A DNA stretch of 64,000 nucleotides from Octopus bimaculoides (taxonomy: Eukaryota), in contig NC_068991.1 in assembly GCF_001194135.2 (NCBI RefSeq), positions 76,757,464 to 76,821,463 of the forward strand, given 5' to 3'. Of the stretch, positions 54,036-64,000 are shown piece by piece. The notes beneath the pieces were generated by a model. That model saw only the letters and a list, made by a program, of their open reading frames with translations, was not told the origin of the DNA and did no database searches. Position numbers and translations under genes: made by a program. Position 1 is the stretch's first letter. Each line of letters opens with the position of its first letter.

Positions 54036-54630
54036 CCTCGCTCGCGACTAGCACTCGGCTTGATAGCGACTGTCTGCACATCGGCCTTTCCCTGAGGCTT
54101 AGCCTCCAAATCCGGAAGCCTCACGAATGTGGTGCGGATCCACTGTGGATTCCGCCATCACTCACTGGCATGCCATTATAGTGCTGGCCGCCTTCCAGGT
54201 CATGCCGCCCCTAACAAAATCATAAACCACGGTCTAAACGCCGCAGGTTTCCCTTCCCAACTCGAACCAGCGGGACGAGACCGAGGGGACGGTAAAGGGC
54301 CTGACGGTATAACAATGTTCCTGTTTCGTGGCGGTAGACCCTGATCTGAGATGTCATATGCTTGACACCTTCTCCAGGCTCAGCTGCTCAAGCTGAGAAA
54401 AACAAATTGTCAAAGTATCGGTCGCTCTGACAGGTTTATGGTCGAGTCTGTGGTAGAGGTGACCTCCGCCGTGGACTATATTCCTGCTCACCGTTATCGA
54501 GGCGGAGATGGCTGTCCACAAGTGCGAGCTCCGTGAGTCAGAGTGGCTGTTCCATTGCATCTCCTTTGCTATCCTCCGGGACAACGCCTCTTCCATTTTG
54601 TCTGCTGGGACCACGAAGCGGTTTGAATTA
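54036..54630 (+). mobile_element. 3' remnant of a CRE-clade non-LTR retrotransposon (zinc knuckle plus restriction-like endonuclease)
   Basis: GC-rich block translating across frameshifts as RLDSDCLHIGLSLRL..KPHEC..HSLACHYSAGR..NKIINHGLNAAGFPSQLEPAGRDRGDGKGPDGITMF..LI*D..AEKNKLSKY..RESEWLFHCISFAILRDNASSILS. This matches CRE RLE hallmarks (EP..R.DG.RPDG; RIS.AIQRGNA.SI). Confidence 0.8.
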
Positions 54631-55361
54631 CAGGAAATCGAGAGAATAGAAGAATTTCGTAGCTTACTACACAAACTTATACAACCTCTTCGACTGCTAT
54701 ATATGTTCATATACTCTATCTTGATATTGTCCATCATTACTTAATTGTTTAATTTACTACTTCCAAAAGTGATATTTTGTTGTTCAAATTTAATAATTTC
54801 AGTCAAACCACAGTTTTAATTTTTTCAATAACTTTGATAAATTACAAAAATCTGGATTGTAGAACTGGAGTTATACAAATTGAGACATAATGAATATCAG
54901 CATAACCTAATTCGTAATAACTTTTTCTGCGCCAGAAACCTCGACAGTTCGGGTTTCAAATGCTTCACAATCAATTATCAAATTACAGAGCTCAGAAGAG
55001 TGAAGAAAAATAACTTCTCCCGCAAATCCAACATCAGCAAAAAGAAAACCCCGCCTCTTGACAAACTACAACATTGAATTCATAAGTATCGTATTTTAAC
55101 GTATATAAGGAACCCCCAAATTTTGGGGGGCTTAAAATTTGGAAAAAGGGTTTTTGCAAGGGATTATAATACTATCCATGTATAAGAAGCTCATATATTT
55201 TAACCTAATTTTTGACGAGAAAGGGTTCCTTAAACAAGTTAAAATGTAATACTTTCTCTGGGAGCGAAGTGAGGTTATATACGCACACTCACACGTTTTT
55301 ATTAATAATCGGCTGAAGTTAGAATGACTCAAAGGCCGACAGCTTCATGCGATGGCATCTA

Positions 55362-55530
55362 ATCACCAGACACTCACATTGATTACTTGTTTCAGTCATT
55401 TGAGCGCAGCCATGCTGGAGCACCGCCTTTATTTGTTGTAAGCCTAGTACTTATTCTGTCGGGTTTATTTGCCGAACTGCTAGGTTATAGGGACGTAACC
55501 ACACCATCATCGGTTGTCCAGTAATGGTGG
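55362..55530 (-). mobile_element. SINE body fragment (same family as 58340-58715)
   Basis: TACTTGTTTCAGTCATTTGAGCGCAGCCATGCTGGAGCACC...TTTGCCGAACTGCTAGGTTATAGGGAC. Confidence 0.65.
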
Positions 55531-55720
55531 TGGGGCTAAACACAAACATATATACATACGACGGGCCAAGACTTTAAGAACTTCTGAAGATCCAATTTAT
55601 GCATTTAACAATCTGTACTTAGCTCTCTACAACCAATATTCTAACTATATGCTATGGATACGTTTGCATGCAGACGTACTCAAACGTATTGAGAAACTGT
55701 AGCCTAACATAGTTGATGGG

Positions 55721-55987
55721 CAGTGGCGGACTGGCCAGGTTGCCAGCTTCCCCGATGACAAGTGGGCCTCTGCACTATTAGAATCCATATATGGGGGCCC
55801 ATCCCCTCAAGTTTGAGGATTTTTTATTCACTCCTGGAAGAATGCATTAATTATTTCAGCCTGGCTGTGTTTGTAGACAGTTGAAAAGAATTTTAACAAG
55901 AAAAAAAATTAAATGGTGGTATTGTAGTTGCGGGTGGGCCCACTTAGGCTCTTAGTAACCAATATTTTTAGACCCAATCCACCACTG
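55721..55987. mobile_element. hAT (Tip100-like) MITE
   Basis: TIRs CAGTGGCGGACTGG / CCAATCCACCACTG with an 8-bp TSD TTGATGGG / TTGTTGGA (6/8) and GGGCCC-rich subterminal motifs. Confidence 0.75.
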
Positions 55988-57714
55988 TTGTTGGATCTGT
56001 GAAAATGCATCCAGACCTGCTGCAATTGCATGTAAACCTGCACCCTGGCATATTCCAAAGACACATGAACTACAATCTGTCAGTATCCATCAAAAATTCC
56101 ACTTTGATTTCGTGTTGCTCCTGTAAATGCAGTCCCTACATGGGGCCTGTTTAGGAGTTCAAATTTAGCTTTGAATATCATTAACTTGATCCAATTTTCT
56201 CAATATATCATTTTGAAATGTCTGTGGATTGCTTCCCTATTTGAGATTAAGAAGTAACAAACACTGCATTTACAGCATAATATAACAGTTAAATATTCTA
56301 TACGGTGCAATATATAAACACTCGACATGGCAATGTTCTGCTATATATACATACATACACTGAATAGCTCAATAATATTCTCTATTTACAATGCAATATG
56401 TAGACCTCACAGCAAAAACATGACATTTACCAACTAATATCTACAACAGACCAAGCAATTATCACACCCTGTACATTCAACAGTGTGTGGGGGGAGAGAT
56501 AGAGTCTTGAGCTAATTGCATTTAGTTCCAGGGCAATATGTAGACCTATTGGCTAAATGTCCTATATTTAAAAAAGCTACACAGCTATGTTTATGCACAA
56601 AATACACACATCCAGTAGATATGATCCCCAAAAAAGGACAGTTCAACACGATGTTGATAATCATAGATTCACTACATCCCATGCCATGTGTGTATGTGTA
56701 CATTTTTAAAGTTTATTATGCAAATGCTTAAACATACATTTAGCCCTTGTTTGCTGGTCATATAATGACTGACAATGGTTAGTGAAACATATCTATGATG
56801 GTCTTGTGGACATAAAAAAGAATCCCACAAAAAAAAAAATGAAAGCTGAACAAAAGCTGAGACCAGATTACAGCTTATTGCTTTATAGCCACCACTTAAA
56901 ACAGAGGAGAAGATTAGAATACGAAAAAAATGCATAATCATATTACAGCAGTAATAACTAGATAAAAACAAAAAATCATTTGTGAATCTAATATATATAG
57001 AGTCTTGCTTCCCACTATGGCCTAAATACTAACACAACTGAAAAAAAAAAAGATATTGACATTCTGAAATCATCTGAAACCCCACCCCCTACAGTCACTG
57101 ACAGCTTTTGTTATGAATAACTAATTTCTATTGTTTAAATGCAGCAAATTTGGTAGTATTCATTTCTAATATTACTGCAAATGGTAATATTCAGAGACCA
57201 GTCCTACACATGCACAGTCTGTTTGTGTGTATACATTTAGAGTAAATGCTGTCCATTTCAGCCAATCTAAATGCCATCTGTAATTATGACTTGTAATTTC
57301 AAAACCTCATCTTTTTATATAAATGTGGATGGGGAGATAGATAAAACATGTATACATTCAAGCCAGAACACTGAGCATTCAGCAACATCAAACTAATGCG
57401 AGATCCTGTGATTGGTCAACCTGCTACAAATAGCAAGTTGCCAAATTTCAATTAAAAAAAAAAAAAGAATTGATTAATGTGGTTATTGATGTACTATATC
57501 CAAATGAAAGAAGTGATGGTCACAGCTGAAGTGTCTTATCTTCTGTTTCCTCACTATATCAAGATTAATCTCAGGTTAAACAATAACTATTGTTATTATT
57601 ACTTTTATTAGCATTGTCAAGGACTAAATACAATAATCACTCAAACATCTCCACACGCACAAATCTAACTAGGAATTATTTGCAACAGCACTACAATGAG
57701 AGAGAGATGGAGGG

Positions 57715-57753
57715 AGGTAGGTAGGTTGGTAGATAGGTAGGTAGGTAGACAGG

Positions 57754-57788
<35 letters not shown>

Positions 57789-57880
57789 GTAGGTAGATAG
57801 ATAGGTAGATAGATAGGTAGACAGGTAGTGTCCATAGGTAGATGGATGGATGGATAGATAGGCAGGTAGGTAGTGTCCAT
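57715..57880. repeat. Compound (GGTA)n/(GATA)n microsatellite
   Basis: Directly visible tetranucleotide runs. Confidence 0.95.
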
Positions 57881-58339
57881 AAATTCTTGTAACAGTTTGA
57901 AAAATTCAGAGCAAAAAAGTCTCAGCAGAGTTTATTGGAAAACATAGGCAAAGTTTTATTAGAAACATCAGAAGGCTTCAACGTGAGCTCCGTAGCTTGC
58001 ATGCAACACATCTACACAATGCTCAATTTTTAGTGTAAAGATAATTTATAAACACTTTTGTGTGTATAACACAGAAACTTTAGTAAAAGTTAAATGTAGA
58101 AAGACATACCAGCATTCTCAGATATCAAATTTGACTAACATAAAATAAACTCAAGTGTACAAATGATACATCCGTTTATAGCTAGTCTCAAATTTTCCAA
58201 TGAATCTTAATAAACCAAGGAACCCAACCGACTTGCTACACAATACTAAAATGTTTGGCCAAGACTGAGAAGAAAAAAATGTTAGGCATGTTTTTGTAAC
58301 TTAGCAGAGCCCATCCCTCTCTAGATCTGATATCTTATT

Positions 58340-58715
58340 TTTTACTTGTTTCGGTCATTTGACTGTGACCATGCTGGGGCACCACCTTGAAGGATTTTAT
58401 TCGAACAAATTGACACCAGGTCTAATAATTTTTTTTAAAGTCTGGTCTTTATTTTATTGGTCTCTTTGCCAAACCACTAAGTTACGGGGATGTGAACATA
58501 TCAACACCAGTTGTCAAGTGGTAGTGGGGGATAAACAGACATATATATATCATGTATTACACAAACACACACACACACGACCAGCTTCTTTCAGTTTCCA
58601 TTTACCAAATCCACTCACAAGGCTTTGGTAGAAGACACTTGCCCCAGGTGCTACGCAGTGGGGCTGAACCTGGAACCATGTGGTTGGGAAGCAAGCTTCT
58701 TACCACATAGCCATG
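58340..58715 (-). mobile_element. tRNA-derived SINE (same family as 43695-44010), minus orientation
   Basis: TTTTACTTGTTTCGGTCATTTGACTGTGACCATGCTGGGGCACC...GAAGACACTTGCCCCAGGTGCTACGCAGTGGGGCTGAACCTGGAACCATGTGG...CACATAGCCATGC. Confidence 0.85.
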
Positions 58716-61641
58716 CTGGCACTTATTCTCCAATTCCTCCAAGAAAGAAACAAACAGAATAATCAACCCCGGGGCAAGACCGGTACTTTATTGACCTCAA
58801 AAGGAAGACAAGCAATGTTGACCTTGGCAGTGTTTGAACTTAGTGAACAGAGAACCAAAAGGATTACCAGAAAGCGATCTACCCTTTAACTCTTTAACAA
58901 CTTGGCCAGTTCATCATCTTAATACCAAAATTCTCAGTAACAAAAGATTATTTAAGCTATGCAAGCGATGCAGTTTGTTTCAGTGCAAGCCTCAGTCCGC
59001 CAAAGTTCTTGCAGCTTTCTTCCCTTTACATCTACAACACCCTGAACAAAACAAAAAACAACATTCTAAGAACACAACCCATTCCACTTGGTGCAGACAA
59101 ACAAAAACAAGAAAAAACAAATGTACATGATATTAGGTTGTACAATGCTGAAAAAATTACAAAACTGTAATGGTTACTCTAAAACCAAGTCTATCTTGTC
59201 TGCTTCTATTGTGCTCACCAACAGAGCCTTGCAGTAAACAGGACTAGGGAGGGGTACAATGGGGAATACATATCTGGCCCAGACTGCTACTCTCACCCCC
59301 AGATAACAAAGCACCATGTTATTGAGTAGAGCTTGAACTATACCTGGTTACTGAACTAGCTATCTATACACCATAGGTTTTCTTAAGTAGACGTATACAA
59401 TAATAGGTGTAGTTTGGCCAAATAGTTAAGGAGTTTACTTCACAGGCACAATGTCTTGGGTTTGATCCCACTGCATGGCAGCTTGAGCAAATGCTATTTC
59501 CAATAGCTTCATGTTAACCCATGCCATGTGAATGAAATTGGGTAGACAGAAACTGAATAGAAGCCAACCAGGTGGAGTACACCTGTGACTCAAAAGTGTA
59601 CACAAGTCTGTGGAATACTCGGTTACTAAGACGTTAATTTAAGAGTAAGTTATATGGTTGATCAAACTACTGAATCCTCACAATCAAACAATGGAGATTC
59701 ACCAAAATAACAAAAAGATTAAATTTGAAATTTAATGACTGAGCACACATAATCTTCAGTAGAAGCAAAATTAAATTGAAAGAGAAATTATCACATCATA
59801 GATTAGTTTAATTCTACTCCCTGTTTAATAGATTGGAATTATTACATTTTAGACAGAAAAAATATGAAAATAAGAACTAAAAGAAATGTAGAAATATGTA
59901 TAGTAATGATACAAACCTAAACAGCTAACCATAAAGTGCAGAAGTTAACTGAGAAAAGATATGTTTAATGGTTCAGTCCATTTACTTATTTAAGTATCTT
60001 TCTGCTGACTAAAAATGAAGGTGAATAAAATATAAAAAGATAAAAATTGCATATCATCTTAGATGTAACCAACAAGTGTTAGGGTTCAAATCTGAGGTTA
60101 ATTCAATTTGTATCATGGTCGATTTCAATTTTCTTCAATATTTTTATTTACTTATTTAATGAAATTAATTGATGTATTCTGTTTATAAAAAATAGTTTCA
60201 TTACATTCTTGAATTGGCATGGTTTTCTCATCAATGTTTTTGTTGTAATTTACCAGGAATTGTTTATGATATGAACATAGTATTCAGTGCAGTACGGTGG
60301 ACTTAGGAACATATATGGGTTTATATCAAGAAATACATGTCTTTATACAAATATATATTATTTATATTGACAATTGTCCGTATATTAAAAATATTTATAG
60401 TGCAAGGAAAATAAGCTGTATCTTTGAAAGCAAATATTCCTTTTTATTGTAGATTTTGATGCCTCCAGCAACCATTTGACAATTCATCACTGCTTTGATC
60501 AATTTTTATTTTCTTCATTTTTTTACTTTTTTTCATTTAATGAAATTAATTGATGTGTTTTGTTTATAAAACTAGTTTCATTATATTTTTGAAGTTTTCT
60601 CATGGCATATATAGATCAATGCTTTTGTTGTAATTTAATATCAAGTCAACCCTGATCAAGCAGGCTTTTAATTAAAACATTCTAGCAATGACCTTCTTGG
60701 CCTATTATCTATCTGGGAGTACATTGTTCAATGTGTCCTTTTTCTAAGGGACATGAAGGTGATTTGACTGTTATTTTGAGCAGACTGAGTAGCTGCATAA
60801 AGGTTCCTTTAATGGAATGTCTCTGTTTTCGCTATACATACTGGGGTAGTGTTTCTTGTTTACTCCATGTACAGTGTTTAACCAGAAAGCCTCCAGTTTC
60901 TTTTAAGAGGAGAGGGTGTTGTTGTTGTTTAACCCCAGGTCAGCCTTGATCCAGTAGGCCTATGTCCAAAGGTATTTTATCCTTGACTATCCTATCATTT
61001 TCCATTTTATTTTTTTTTGCACATGATCTTATGAAGAACTACATTATCCAAAGTAACTTTATTTTTTTAAGACAGTGAGCTGTAATTCAAGGAATGTTTA
61101 GCTGCTATTTCCAAGAGAAATTTCTACACTATTTTCAACAAATCAAGTAATCACAGACACTTTCTCATTGGCATTTGGAGAGGAGTAAATTGGAATTGTG
61201 AAGGTCACACTTATTAAAGGGTAATTAGAAATGTAAATAAAGTGAAAGCAACAAACAGGTGTAAAAAAAGAAAAACTAGGTTACATTCCCAGCTGATAGG
61301 GGAGATTATTTCCTTTTATACATCACTCAGCTGGGGGGGGGGGTTTAGATAATACTATAATAGAAACATCCGAGGGGAAGAGATGATCCAACTAAATAGA
61401 TTTAAATGTTGAATAGAAAGCAGTAGATACCATAACTGGGGCCATTAACCCTTTTAATACTAACCCTCCTGAGACTGTGATATAAGCTTTCTTTTTTAAA
61501 GTGAATTAATTCTTTGCTTGTCCAAATCGTTTTTGTAAGTTGTCCTAAACATCCATACTTGTTCTCAGATTTGTGGTCAGTCCATCTGAGCTAGATAAAG
61601 GATTCAAAGTGATTTTGGCAAAATAAGTAACTTTATCACAA

Positions 61642-61760
61642 TTAATCCATTAGCATTTAAACTGGTGCTGGTTTGTTGATCCCAGCCCAAATATTCTACC
61701 TGTTTTATGTTCACACTAGCCAGATCTGGCCTCTCACACCAACCCAACAAAATCATGCTA
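61642..61760. mobile_element. piggyBac-like MITE, partial, same family as 11405-11612
   Basis: Starts TTAA|TCCATTAGCATTTAAACTGG; reverse-complement similarity to 11520-11612. Confidence 0.5.
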
Positions 61761-62706
61761 GACAGGTGTTCGCTATATAGAATACACCATGAAGTGCTGA
61801 AGAGATCTGAACTTGAGCCGGTAGATGAGTAAATATAAGGACAAGCAAGTCAGGCAAGTTGATTTACATAGAATATCAAATACATTTAAAAGAAAAAAAT
61901 GTGTATGGATATAAAATAGTCTGACTTACAGAATATAAATGGTATCAGGAGTTAAATGAGTAGAGTTTTAAGAGTCCGACAGTTGTTTCTGGGGACTTGG
62001 TGATCTGGAATAATGATAGTTACTTGGATCCATTATCAAGTAACACCGCCTCCATCTTCAGGGGAGAATTTTACATTTGAGGTGTTGACAGGATGGAGTT
62101 TAAAGATGGATATATATATATATATATATGATGGGCTTCAACATAGTTTTCTTCTGCCGAATTCACTCATAAGGAATTGGTCAACCTGGTGCTACAGTTG
62201 AAGACATTGAAGACACATGCTGAAGGTACTGCAGACAGGGATTGAACCACAAAACGACATGGTTATAAAACAAACTGTTTAACCATTCAGTCATGTCTGT
62301 GTTAGATAGATATTTGGCTGGGTTTTTTTGTTGTTTTTTCTTGTTTTTTTTTCTGCCTGTAGGTTGAACAACCATGTAGAGAGTGTTGAGGCAAGATAGC
62401 TAAATCAATAAGCTGTCAAACGAACTGACAATACATAATTCATAATTTCCAATCAGCTACTGGCACATCATCATGTTTCTATTTTGTTACTTTCCTTCAG
62501 TGTACCAAGCTGCCAGGGGAACACATTAGAATATCTAGGAATATATATTTTTTTTATATTTCATTTTATATAATGCTTTGTGAACATTAGCTTCCTTGGT
62601 TACAGGTTTCAAACTGAGCCAATCATTGGCTGCTTACATCATTTACTGATGGTGAGAATAACAAGAGCACCATTTTATTTTTTCCATGAGAATTTTTATA
62701 TATATA

Positions 62707-62747
<41 letters not shown>

Positions 62748-63576
62748 TTCACTGATATACGTTAATGAAAGATTACACAGATAGGAAGCTTCACACTAGG
62801 GAGAGAGAGCACTGTTGTTCACGCTGTGCCGGTGTAAGTTAGTGTTTCTTTTCGACTCAGCATGTGTTGGACTTAAAAACGTGTTTATATTCTTGAATGT
62901 GATAAAATGTGGAATTAGATTATTATTCTGCTTCCAGCTTCAGTGTTACTGCCAGGATTTGAAAAATAGGGCAGATTTACCCCCTCCCCCTCACCACCTT
63001 ATTTTGTGATTTAGTGGGGATCTTTAAAAGACAAGGGGAATTCATGGCAGAGTTCTTTTTATGTTTGTTTCCTTTTACACAATATTAAAACAACAGCTAA
63101 AAATTTTCTGAAGGAGCACTTCCACTAATTTTATCTACGAGCTGCCACTGGTACCAGGTTAGCCAAATTCAAGTAAACTTATAGTCAAAGGTATTCTACC
63201 TATGTCCATGTCCAGCAGGTTTTTCAGATTACTCCTACCTATGTTATTTGATGTGTCCTTCTTTCATTTATTTTACTTTTTTCTTTTGTTTTTTTCATCT
63301 TTGAGATGGTAGATTGTGATCTTGCTACTCTTTCTAGCAGGCTAAGCATCCATGTAGAGGCTTGTTTATTGGCTCAAGTCTTTGATACTGCTTCTATTTT
63401 TGCATCGTTTTATGTTTCATTTACCAATAATTGAAGTCTCATATATTCATAATATAATCATTGATGAGGTGAAGAAAATGTTAAAGGTTAATTGAAGACC
63501 GAAATATGACAGAACTTGTTTAAGATGCACGAAAGAACATCAGTTGAAATGAATACCAAAATACTTCTATTCAAGA

Positions 63577-64000
63577 TATGAAGGGGTACCCAAAAGTAAA
63601 CGTTCTCTGTGGGACAAACTCATTGTAGTTCCAGCTTCCACCACTAGAAGCTACTTGATGCAACCCTCAGGCATCAGTCTGCTGACCAGCAGTGTCAAGT
63701 GAAGTTATACTGCCATGTGGTGCGTCTTTGTTTTGCAGTGCTTCTCCTTTGTCTGTCGATTTTTGCGATGGCTGAAATGAAAAAACAACATGCTTCCGTG
63801 AAATTCTGTTTTCTGCTGGCAAAAGTGGCAGCCAAGACAGTTATCATGCTTCTAGCAGCTTACAAGGATGCTGCCATGAGCAAAACACAAGCTTACAAGT
63901 GGTTTCCACACTTTAGGAATGGTCACTTGTTGCTTGATGACCAACCTAGTTCAGGGCGACCATCGACCTCCCAAACAAATGAAAACATCATGGAAATTCA
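63577..64000 (+). mobile_element. Mariner transposon 5' end with transposase N-terminus running off the window
   Basis: TA followed by TGAAGGGGTACCCAAAAGT (mariner-type TIR). ORF from ATG 63768: MAEMKKQHASVKFCFLLAKVAAKTVIMLLAAYKDAAMSKTQAYKWFPHFRNGHLLLDDQPSSGRPSTSQTNENIMEI, matching the mariner HTH region and the GRP motif. Confidence 0.88.

Noticed and set aside
55785-55794. Perfect CArG box (CCATATATGG) suggesting Rho-MRTF-SRF autoregulation
   Set aside because: It lies inside a hAT MITE about 3.8 kb from the TSS, and several such 10-mers are expected by chance in 64 kb of AT-rich DNA.
63430-63520. Possible hammerhead ribozyme or Penelope terminus (TTGATGAG...CCGAAA)
   Set aside because: I could not build stems I-III around an intact catalytic core.

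Overview
AT-rich, repeat-rich animal genomic DNA with six N gaps. The SINE/MITE families, microsatellite load and the Rho protein sequence point to a mollusc, probably an octopus (inference; no database search was possible). The only protein-coding gene I can firmly support is a minus-strand RhoA/Rho1 GTPase with an unusual architecture. One shared coding exon (17719-17874, aa 1-52, absent from the ORF track) has two complete, intronless, tandem 423-nt terminal exons downstream (8100-8522 and 3772-4194). Each has its own acceptor, stop codon, CaaX box (CILF vs CTML), poly(A) signals and 3'UTR. I find no second copy of the N-terminal exon between them, so one gene probably makes two 192-aa Rho isoforms by alternative last-exon choice. 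The two exons are identical in protein over aa 53-125 yet differ synonymously at 41 of those 73 codons, so the duplication is old and both copies are under selection. There are at least two candidate first exons. One lies at about 23.4-23.9 kb (TATA-less, YY1 motif). The other lies at 51657-52009 behind a CCAAT/MEF2/TATA/Inr promoter, and splicing it to the shared exon would add an in-frame 17-aa Cys-containing N-terminal extension. The rest is intron or intergenic DNA with mariner, maT-like, hAT, piggyBac-like and CRE-clade relics, many SINEs and microsatellites. All splicing and promoter calls are predicted from sequence only.
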